DNA of 64,000 nucleotides. It comes from an uncultured Clostridia bacterium (GTDB lineage Bacteria > Bacillota > Clostridia > TANB77 > CAG-508). A program made the translations under genes and the position numbers. Below, piece after piece: positions 38,833 through 48,900 of this stretch (positions are counted from its first letter, which is position 1; each line of letters opens with the position of its first letter). The notes below the pieces were generated by a model, which ran no database searches, had not been told where the DNA came from, and was given only the letters and a program-made list of their open reading frames with translations. The stretch lies in NCBI GenBank assembly GCA_963558245.1, contig CAUWGA010000004.1, forward strand, positions 3,198 to 67,197, read 5' to 3'.

Positions 38833-39068
38833 GGGGCAACAAAAAAGCCCCTTGCAATTACTTGCAGGGACGAAATAAATTCCGCGGTACCACCCAGCTT
38901 GAAAATCTATAAAAAGATTTTCCACTTATAAAAATTGCTCCAATATGTTTCACTTTTTAGGTTGACCTTCAAAGGCTTTCAGCCGGTGACCTTTGTCTCT
39001 AATAAGTAACTTCTAAGAGCTTTGTATTGTACAAACGCAATAGTATTTTAAAACTAATATATCTATAT
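38833..39068 (-). promoter_or_regulatory. T-box riboswitch leader of aspS with terminator/antiterminator
   Basis: The minus strand carries AGCTGGGTGGTACCGCGG (the T-box sequence) and the terminator CCCTGCAAgtaaTTGCAAGGGG+TTTTTT. It also has a stem I AGAGA bulge with a GCTGAAAG distal loop and an upstream TTGACA-17-TAAAAT promoter. Confidence 0.8.
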
Positions 39069-39133
39069 TTTACATAAAATATACAAAATTGTCAAGATTT
39101 CATCAAAAAAACTATACTTATAGCTATAGCTAT

Positions 39134-39259
39134 AAGAAAGCTTTATATTTATAATTTTTCCACGAATTGTGGGGACCTTTTTAGAAAATGTTTGAACAAA
39201 GTGAAAATACATTTTCTTAAATGGGGATAGTGAAAAAATTATAAATATAAAGCTTTCTT
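39134..39259. repeat. Nested inverted repeat between alr and the aspS promoter
   Basis: 30-nt arms at 39134-39163 and 39230-39259 (1 mismatch) enclose the inner 9-bp repeat agaaaatgt...acattttct. Confidence 0.6.
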
Positions 39260-39267
39260 CTAAAATA

Positions 39268-40407
39268 TTATATTAAAATTCTAGGCAATCTATCTCCTAA
39301 CCTGCATAAAAGCTCATTTGTAATTGAATCAGACTTTATAGAAATATTTTCAGCACAAATTGCACTATCTTCACCTATTAAAGTGACAATGTCTCCACAT
39401 TTGACATTAGGAATATCTGTAACATCAATAACTAACTGGTCCATACAAATTCGACCTATAATTTTAGAATAATGATTATTTATTAAAACTACAACATCTT
39501 TATTTGATAAATTTCGTGGATAACCATCAGCATATCCAATGCATACAGTTGCTATTTTCATATTTTTATCAGAGGAAAAAGTTCTACCATAACTAACAAA
39601 ATCATTTTTTAAAAGCTCATGAACAGAAGATATTTTAGCTTTTAATTGTAAAACAGGCTTTAAATCTACATCAGCATTTGAGTTATTTATATGATTATTT
39701 GCATTATAAATACCATACATTCCAATTCCAAGGCGAACATAATCACAATTAATCTCAGGATAATTCAATGTCCCATAAGTATTTTGAATGTGCAGTTTTC
39801 CTGTATCATAGCCTTGAGATTTAATATGATTTATGCAAGCATAAAAATTTTCAATCTGATTTTCAGTAAAAGTGACGTCATCTTCATCTAAACTATCAGC
39901 TACTGCTAAATGAGTAAAACAACCTAAAATATTAAGATTTTCTATTTTAAATATTTCTAAAAAATTATCAATATTTTTGTAATTTTCTCCAATTCTGTTT
40001 AAACCAGTATTGATTTTTATGTGACATTTTAATTTGTTACTTAAATGCAAAGAACTAATTTTTTTAGCATAGTCATAATCAACAATAGTTTGTATTAAAT
40101 CGTATTTTATAACATATTCTATATTTTGAATGTCAGTATATCCTAAAATTAAAATATTTCCATTTATATTATTTTCTCTTAAAATTATACCTTCTTCTAA
40201 TGTAGCAACAGCAAAATTATCAATTCCTATATTATTTAAAAAAGTAGAAATTTCAACAATTCCATGTCCATACGCATTAGCTTTTACTACAGCCATAATT
40301 TCTGTGTTACTTGGAATTATACGTTTAAACTCAAAAATATTATGTTTTAAATTATTAAAATTAAGCTCGATCCAAGCTCTATCATTTTTTATTAAAAAAT
40401 TTTCCAA
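39268..40407 (-). CDS. alr: Alanine racemase
   Basis: PLP-lysine motif MAVVKANAYGHG; C-terminal VSYGRTF and GRICMDQLVIDV. Confidence 0.9.
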   Translation of the reverse strand: MENFLIKNDRAWIELNFNNLKHNIFEFKRIIPSNTEIMAVVKANAYGHGIVEISTFLNNIGIDNFAVATLEEGIILRENNINGNILILGYTDIQNIEYVIKYDLIQTIVDYDYAKKISSLHLSNKLKCHIKINTGLNRIGENYKNIDNFLEIFKIENLNILGCFTHLAVADSLDEDDVTFTENQIENFYACINHIKSQGYDTGKLHIQNTYGTLNYPEINCDYVRLGIGMYGIYNANNHINNSNADVDLKPVLQLKAKISSVHELLKNDFVSYGRTFSSDKNMKIATVCIGYADGYPRNLSNKDVVVLINNHYSKIIGRICMDQLVIDVTDIPNVKCGDIVTLIGEDSAICAENISIKSDSITNELLCRLGDRLPRILI

Positions 40408-40507
40408 TATAAATCACCTCTAATTAAAGTATATCAGAAAAAATAAATTTAACAACAAAATTTAAAAAAAACATTGACAGTTGAACAATTATTAATATAT
40501 ACTATTA

Positions 40508-40535
40508 TTATAGTTGAATACATACTCAACTATAA
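40508..40535. promoter_or_regulatory. Candidate CadC/ArsR operator (10-8-10 inverted repeat) just downstream of a TTGACA promoter
   Basis: TTATAGTTGA-atacatac-TCAACTATAA, with TTGACA at 40474-40479 and TATACT about 18 nt downstream. Confidence 0.45.
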
Positions 40536-40558
40536 TAAGGAACAAAAGGAGGAAAATT

Positions 40559-40918
40559 ATGTCAAAAAATGAATTTGTATGTGATTGTAATATAATTCAT
40601 AAAGATTTAGTAGAAAGCACAATAAGAAACATGCCAAATGCATATACATTTACAAAATTGTCAGAGTTTTTTAAGGTTTTAGGAGATATAACAAGAGTAA
40701 AAATATTATTTGTATTAGACCAAAACGAAATGTGTGTATGTGATATTGCAAATGTGTTAGGCATGAGCAAATCATCAATTTCACATCAATTAGGAACATT
40801 AAGAAGAAGTGGAATAGTAAAATGCAGAAAATCAGGCAAAGAAGTTTTTTATATGCTTGATGATGAACATGTAAAACAAGTATTTGAAATAGGAACAGAA
40901 CATATAGAACATAAATAA
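40559..40918 (+). CDS. cadC: ArsR/SmtB-family metalloregulator (CadC-like)
   Basis: N-terminal CDC, wHTH ...LGDITRVKILFVLDQNEMCVCDIANVLGMSKSSISHQL. RBS aaaggagg lies before the ATG at 40559. Confidence 0.8.
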   Translation: MSKNEFVCDCNIIHKDLVESTIRNMPNAYTFTKLSEFFKVLGDITRVKILFVLDQNEMCVCDIANVLGMSKSSISHQLGTLRRSGIVKCRKSGKEVFYMLDDEHVKQVFEIGTEHIEHK

Positions 40919-40930
40919 TAGGAGGGTATA

Positions 40931-42766
40931 ATGAAAAAGACATTAATAAAAATTATAATAGCTTTTATTTTATTTTTTATAGCATTATTTGCTAATTTTA
41001 ACAATCCCATAATAAATAATATAATATATATTATTTCATATTTAATTGTCGGGTTAGAAGTAGTAAAAGAAGCAATAGAACATATAATAAAAGGCAAAGT
41101 TTTTGACGAAAACTTTTTAATGACAATTGCAACAATTGGTGCGTTTGCAATAGGAGAATTTCCAGAAGCTGTTGCTGTTATGCTATTTTATCAAGTTGGA
41201 GAATTATTTCAAAGTTATGCAGTTGATAAATCAAGAAAATCAATTTCAGATTTAATGAATATAAGACCTGACTTTGCAAATGTTGAAAGAAATGGCAAAA
41301 TAGAAAAAACAAATCCTAAAGAAGTAAAAATAGGAGAAATAATAGTAGTAAAACCAGGAGAAAAAATACCACTTGATGGAAATATTATAGAAGGAAAAAC
41401 AACATTAGATACAAAAGCTTTAACAGGAGAAGCTCTACCTAGAGAAGTAGCAGAGGGAAAAGAAGTATTAAGCGGATGTGTTAATTTAAGTGGATTAATA
41501 AAAGTAAAAGTTAGTAAAGAATATGGAGAATCAACAGTAAGTAAAATATTAGATTTAGTTGAAAATGCAAGTAGTAAAAAGACAAAATCAGAAAACTTTA
41601 TTACTAAATTTGCTAAATATTATACACCAATAGTAGTGATAATGGCAGTTCTTATTGCAATAATTCCACCAATTTTTATAAAAGATGCCAATTTTACAGA
41701 TTGGATTTATAGAGCACTATCATTTTTAGTGGTATCTTGTCCATGTGCATTAGTAATATCAATCCCATTAAGCTTTTTTGGAGGAATAGGAGGAGCAGCT
41801 AAAGCAGGAATTTTAATAAAAGGAAGTAATTATTTAGAAGCATTATCAAAAACGGAAACAATAGTATTTGATAAAACAGGAACATTAACAAAAGGAATAT
41901 TTGAAGTACAAGAAATAAAACCAATTGGAATAACAAAAGAAGAACTATTAAAATTAGTGGCATATGCAGAAAATTATTCTAATCATCCAATTTCAGTATC
42001 AATTAAAAATGCATACAAAGGCGAAATTGACAAAAATGTAAATATAAAAATAGAGGAAATAGCAGGACAAGGAATATATGCTAAAATAGAAGAAAAAGAA
42101 GTATTAGTTGGAAATGAAAAACTAATGAAAGAAAACAATATTGACTTTATAAAATGTGAAAAAATAGGAACAATTTTATATATAGCAATAAACAAAAAAT
42201 ATTCAGGATATATAGTAATTTCAGACGCTGTAAAAGAAGATGCAATCAATACAATAAAAGAACTAAGAAAAGGCTTTATAAAAGAAACAGTAATGCTAAC
42301 AGGAGATAGAAAAGAAGTTGGAGAAAGTGTAGCTAAAGAGTTAGGAATAAATAAGGTATATACAGAATTACTACCAGATGGGAAAGTGGAAAAAATAGAA
42401 GAATTGTTAAAAAATAAAACTGGAAAAGTAGCATTTGTAGGAGATGGAATAAATGATGCTCCAGTATTAGCATTAGCAGATATAGGAATAGCTATGGGAG
42501 GACTTGGTTCAGATGCAGCAATAGAAGCAGCAGATGTTGTGCTTATGACAGATGAACCATCTAAAATTGTAAAAGCAATGCAAATATCTAAAAAGACAAT
42601 GAAAATTGTAAAACAGAATATAGTTTTTGCAATTTCTATAAAAATATTGGTTCTAATATTAAGTGCCATGGGAATATCAACAATGTGGGAAGCAGTGTTT
42701 GCAGATGTAGGAGTTTCAGTGCTTGCAATTTTAAATGCATTAAGAGCATTACGAGTAAAAAAATAA
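40931..42766 (+). CDS. cadA: Heavy-metal (Cd/Zn/Co-type) P1B-type ATPase lacking an N-terminal HMA domain
   Basis: VSCPCALVISIP, FDKTGTLT, VGDGINDAPVLA, MLTGD. Confidence 0.9.
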   Translation: MKKTLIKIIIAFILFFIALFANFNNPIINNIIYIISYLIVGLEVVKEAIEHIIKGKVFDENFLMTIATIGAFAIGEFPEAVAVMLFYQVGELFQSYAVDKSRKSISDLMNIRPDFANVERNGKIEKTNPKEVKIGEIIVVKPGEKIPLDGNIIEGKTTLDTKALTGEALPREVAEGKEVLSGCVNLSGLIKVKVSKEYGESTVSKILDLVENASSKKTKSENFITKFAKYYTPIVVIMAVLIAIIPPIFIKDANFTDWIYRALSFLVVSCPCALVISIPLSFFGGIGGAAKAGILIKGSNYLEALSKTETIVFDKTGTLTKGIFEVQEIKPIGITKEELLKLVAYAENYSNHPISVSIKNAYKGEIDKNVNIKIEEIAGQGIYAKIEEKEVLVGNEKLMKENNIDFIKCEKIGTILYIAINKKYSGYIVISDAVKEDAINTIKELRKGFIKETVMLTGDRKEVGESVAKELGINKVYTELLPDGKVEKIEELLKNKTGKVAFVGDGINDAPVLALADIGIAMGGLGSDAAIEAADVVLMTDEPSKIVKAMQISKKTMKIVKQNIVFAISIKILVLILSAMGISTMWEAVFADVGVSVLAILNALRALRVKK

Positions 42767-42776
42767 TTAAATTAAC

Positions 42777-42812
42777 AAAATCCATATACGGTAAAAATGT
42801 ATATGGATTTTG
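42777..42812 (+). terminator. Terminator after cadA
   Basis: aaaatccatatac-ggtaaaaat-gtatatggatttt. Confidence 0.75.
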
Positions 42813-42927
42813 TTATATAAATGAACTGTAACAAATGATAAAAAATATAGAAAAATGGAACAAAAAATGTAGAAAAAAATCATCTAAAATGTTATAATAA
42901 ATTAGCTAAAAATAAAAGAAAGAAGGG

Positions 42928-45900
42928 ATGAAGGAAAAAATGAAACTAAAAAAATTATGCATCATTATGACAATATTGTGCACAATTTTATTTACTGCAA
43001 ATTCAGTGTTTGCAGCAAATGTACAAACAGAATTAACAACAAACAAAAACGAGGTTCAGGCGAAAAATGAAGAAGAAATAACACTTACCCTAGAACTAAA
43101 AGAGTTTAAAGAAATTGAAGATGGACTGTATGCCTATAAAGGACAAATTCAATACGATAAAAACGTTTTTTATGAAATAGAGGAAAAAAATTTTACAACT
43201 CAAAATTCTTGGGAAAGTCTTAAATATAATAAAGAAAATAATGAATTCGTTATTATAAAAAAATCAGGAGTAGTAAGTGAAGAAGAATTTTTACAAATAA
43301 AATTAAAAGTAAAAAATAATGGAATAGCAGGAAAATCAAACATTGTAATTACAAACCAAACAACGTCAGAGGGAAAAACAGATATAGAAATAGGGAACGT
43401 AAATGTAGAGATTACAGTTATTCAAGAAGAAAATAATAATCCAGGAACAGGTGACAACGAAGGTAATAACAATAGTGGAAACAATAATCCTGATGCAGGA
43501 GATAACGAAAATAACAATAATGACAATTCAGGTAATGGTAATGAGGGAAGTAATGAAGGAAACTCTAACGGAGAAAATAATAATCAAGGTTTAGGAAAGC
43601 CTTCAACAGAATTACCAAAAACAGGATTAGGAAATTATCAAACACTTATTGTTATAGGAATAGAGATATTACTAATAATTGCAGTAATTTCATTTATAAA
43701 ATATAAAAATATAAACAAAAAGATAAAAAATAAAAAAATAATAGGAATGCTTTTAGCAGTTATACTTACAGCACAAATAGCAGGAACTACATATGCGGTA
43801 GTGCTAAGCATCACACAAAAAGGAGAATTAAATGGAGACGGACTAATTAATTATGCTGATGTAGAATTAGCTGAAAAACATTTAATTGGACTTGAAGAAT
43901 TACCAGCTGATAAATTAGAAAATGCAGATTTAAATGAGGACAAAAAAATAACAGTAACAGATTTAACACTTTTAATAAAAAAGATAGAACATAAAAGAGA
44001 ATATGAAGTAAAAATAGAAAATGCTAGCACAGAAAATTATTATCCAAATAAGAATCAAGAAATAGAAATATCTTTTGTAGCTGATATAAACTATGATGAT
44101 GTATCAATTAAGAAAGTAATAATAAATGATAATGAATATGAAGTACAAAACACAATTGGAAATGAATATAAAGTAAAACTAAATGTAGGAAATATAGCAG
44201 AGAAAAAAGATTTTAAATTTTTAAAAGCAATACTTTCAAATAACGAAGAAGTAAAAACAAACTACAACTTTTCTGTAAGCGTACTAAAAGATGTACCATT
44301 TATTGATGAAAAAACGTATAAATTAGAAGAAACATTTGAAGGAAAAGCAAATGTTAGCTTCGATTTAATTGATACAGAAAATAGCATTACTTCTGCACAA
44401 TTTACAGCTTATGAAAAAGTAGGTAATATACCTGTAGTAGAAACACCTATAAAATCAGGAAATAATACACAAGAAATAGAAGTAGAAGATGGAAAAACAT
44501 ATGTAGTTGAAATAAACGTAGATTATAATTTAGCACCAGAACAATTAGAAGGAAAACCACATCAAGGAGAAAATATTATCTACACAAAAGAATTTACAGT
44601 AAACTTAGATTATAAATTTAAAATATCTAATATAAAAACACTAAAAAATGATGTAGCCAATACAACATTTACAAAAGGAGAACAAATTCAAATTTCTTTT
44701 GATAGTACAAATGCAGCATTTGAAACCACAAAAAATAATACATTTAAACCAGCTGTTGTAACAATTAATGGAAAAGAATATCAGATAACAGAAAAAAATA
44801 ATCATTATGTTGCAACAATAGATGGAATAGAAAGCTTAGGAAATCAACTAATTACAATAGAAAAAGTAAAACTTGGAAACGGAAAAGAATTTAGTTTAGA
44901 TAAAAATAACAGTGTTCAAGTTAGAATAGAAGAAAAGAAACCAGAAATAACTGATTTTGAAGCACAAGAAAACGTAGCAGACAAAAATATTAACATCAAA
45001 TTTAATATATTAGATAAAGAACAGACAATAGAAAGTGCAAAAGTTGTACTTTATGATAGCAAAAAGAATGTAATTGAAAGCAAAGATTTAAATGTGGAAG
45101 AAATCAGAAATGGAACAATAGAAACAACATTAAAGACAAAAAACACAACAACATATATAATACAAGTAGTTGCAAATTACAGAGTAACAGATACAGAAGT
45201 GGCAAAAAACAAAGTATTATTAGAAAAAGAAGTACCAGCAATTATATATGCCAATATCAAGCAAGCAGAAGTAAATAAAACAGAATTAGAAAAAAATGAT
45301 TCTGTAAATATTACATATGAAATTGAAACAAATAGTGAGCAAACTATAGAAAAAATACGTGTAAATAGTGTAAATTATATAGCAACAAAATTAACTAATG
45401 GAAAATATAAAATTACAATTCAAACTGGAAATGTACCACAATTACTAAATCTTGAAACAACAAAAATTATTTTCAAAGACGGAACAGAAACAGAAGTAAC
45501 AAATACATTAAAAGTAAATGTACTAAAAGATGTACCAACAATTAGTGATATAAGACAAGAAGACAGTGTGGGAAAACATGAAGTAACATTACATTTTACA
45601 ATAAATGATGCAGATAAAAGTTATATCAGAGGAAAAGTACAATTAGTTAAAGGCGGCAGTGTAGTAGAAGAAAAAGACATTATAAAAGAAGAAAAAGAAA
45701 TAGGAACAGTTACTTTTGACCATGTAGAAGAAGGCGTTTCTTACACAGCAAAAGTTTTAGTTACATATAACAGATTTACAGAAACAGAAGAATATATTCA
45801 AAAAGACCAATTACTAGAAGAAGTGCCAGTTATATTAATACATGATTATAAATTACAAATAAGTGATTTAAAAACAGCAAATACAGATAAGGAAACAAAA

Positions 45901-48900
45901 TATTTTAATAAAAATGAAGAAATAACTTTAAGTTTTACAAGCACAAATGCATCTAGTTTTATACCAGAAGAAGCAACAATAAATGGAAAGACATATAAAG
46001 TAACAAGAAAAACAGGTACAAATCAATATACAGCTACATTATCAGGCTACGATGCAAGTGGAAAACAAGAAATAAAAATAGAAAAATTACTTTTGTCAAA
46101 TGGAGTAGAATTAGACGTTTCAAACGAAACCAAAATAGAAGTAGAAATATTAAAAGACAAACCTACAATTACAGATTTTTCTTATAATGAAGATACTGAA
46201 AACAAAAACAAAGTAAAAACAAAATTCATTTTAGATGACAATGAGCATACACTTGTAAGTGGAAAAATTGTTATTACAGATAAAAAGAAAAATGAAATAA
46301 GTACACAAAGCTTAGAAGTTGGAAAAAATGAAATAATTTTTGATAAAACAGATAGTGAATATTATTATATTAAAGTAATTGCAGATTACAACTTAGGAAC
46401 AGATGAAAACAATTTACACAAATCTCAAACTCTATTAAACGAGGAAATGGACTTTTCAATTCGTAAAATAGAAATGAAAGATGTAACAGATGTATATTTA
46501 TACAGAAAAAATGGAGACAAAATAGAAGAAGTAACAAGCATCTTTACACATGAATTAGAACAAAAAGACCAATTCTTAGTAAAAGTTGAGATGAAAGATA
46601 TGCCAGCCTTTTATGCACCATTAAAAGGATATAGGGTAGAAAATAATGAATTAAAACTGGAACTAGAATATGAAAATGTAGTGCAATATGAAAATAACAT
46701 GAAACAAGATAAACTAGAAGTAGTTTATGGAACTGTTGAAAATAATAAAGCTACTAATAATTCACTAGCAAGTTTAATAAAACGAATGAAAGCAAACCCA
46801 AATGGAACATTTGAATTAATCAAAGATTATGATGCATCAACAATTACAGGAGATCACAGGTCTTTAGTAGGAGCAGACATAACATTTACAGGAACATTGA
46901 ATGGTAATGGACACAAAATATCTAATTTATCTAGGCCAATCTTTGATTATGTTTCAAGAGCAAACATTAAAGATTTAGTATTAGAAAATGTATATATATC
47001 AAATACAGATAATGCTACAGGTAGAGGTGCTATTTCAAACGAAATGGGAAGTCATACTACTATAAGCAATGTTCATGTTAAAAATATGGCAATTACGACA
47101 TCTGTAAAATATTCATACTATGGAGGAATAACTGGAAAACTTACAGAAAGTACAATTAAAGAATGTAGTGTAACAGGACTTACTATAACAGGACCACAAA
47201 ATTCACTTGTAAGTGCAATTGGAGGAATTACTGGATATATTAACACATCTACAATAGAAAATTGTTATGTAACAGGTTCAATTTCAGGAAGAAAAGAAAT
47301 GGGTGGAATAGTAGGACTTGTAGAAAAATATGTACCAGACACAAGCTACATAAGAAATTGTATAGCAAAAGTAAATATAGATTCAACAGATGGACCAAAC
47401 GGAATAGGTGGTATCGTAGGATTTGCTAGAAATGCTGGTCAAATCAATTTAAAACAAAATATTAGTTTTGCAACAGGAAGAAATTCATATAAACTATATG
47501 GAACAAATGCTACATTAAATATGTTTACTAAAAACTATGTAATGGAAGAATCAACATTAAAAGACAATGACAATGCACAAATTAAGAAAATATCTAAAAA
47601 TGATTTTAATGAAGAATTTTGTAAAAAAGAAGCAGGATTTGATGAAAATATTTGGAATTTAAATGGATGCAGTTATGACAAATTACCAACATTAAATAAT
47701 GCTGATCCAAACAATATAAAAGAAGAAGGGCAACAACAAGAAAATGAAGTATATATTCCAGAACAAACAAGACTAGAAAAAATGGTAGAATACAATAAAA
47801 ATAAAGAAATTTTATATAGCAACTTATATAAGTTAATGCCATTTTATGATGCAAAATATCTAGTTTTAGATGGAACAAAAATTAGTGAAGATGATATCTT
47901 AAATAAAGAACTAATCAAAACAGTTTTACCTTATGATAATAAAGGAAAATTAGCAGTTGCGCTTACAAAAGAAAACTATAAAAATCTTAGTTATATAAAA
48001 GTAGTATTTAATGACAATACAACTAAAAAATACACTTTAAAATTTAAAGATGATTATGGAAATATAGCAAATTATAATATTAACGAATTAAAAGTAGATT
48101 ACAATTTCGATAAATATATTATAAGACAAGATGCAACAATTGTAAGAGAGTTAAGTAATTATATACAAAACTTAGAATATGAAAAAGACTTACAAGGAAT
48201 GATATCTCTTGACAGAGGTCATCCAGCATATAAAACACATTTTAATGAGATTACAAGAACAAAAGAAAATGCGGATAAATTTATTTATAAATACTTATCT
48301 AGTGCTAGTGGTTATAGCATAACAATGGAAAATGAAATACTAAGCACAATAGTAAAAAATAGACTGCTTAACAATAATGAAATGAAAAGAATTTTATTTG
48401 CATATAACTATTATTCTCGTTTCTATGGAATAAATATGGATGGAGCAGATCTTTCAGACATTATGCTGTTCAAGGGAGATTTATATAGAAAAAATATAAA
48501 AGTAAGTGATTTAATATCAGACTTTTGGAATAGTAGATGGAAAAATAGTCATGTAAATTACCAATATTATAGAGATACTTTAGCACATAGATTTGGAATA
48601 TCACAAATTAGTGATTTTATGGATTATAATATAAAAATTTTAACAGATAGTGCAAATCCAAATGACTGGTTTACAGCAAACTTTAGAGGACCTTTAGTAG
48701 AAGTTCCTGCAAAAGGACATGAAGATAGCGATATCGATTATAGAGCATGGACACAACTAAAGAAAAGACCAGAGTATATGTTAGCACTTTTAACATTACC
48801 AGAAAATGCTGGATATATGATATCAACACCAACAGTATTTTTTGTAGGTTCACAAAGGGTATATATAACAGACCCTACAAATAAAACACAGCAACAAACA

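Noticed and set aside
41983-42669. 228-aa minus-strand ORF inside cadA, and several short minus-strand ORFs inside the giant ORF (47606-47878, 50208-50516, 50712-50900, 51282-51488, 51540-51728)
   Set aside because: They are antisense to well-supported genes and have no start context.
43430-43600. AAT/AAC/GGT-rich DNA encoding the N/G linker of the giant protein, considered as the missing DGR variable repeat
   Set aside because: The non-adenine positions do not match the TR at 1255-1383. It is a simple low-complexity linker.
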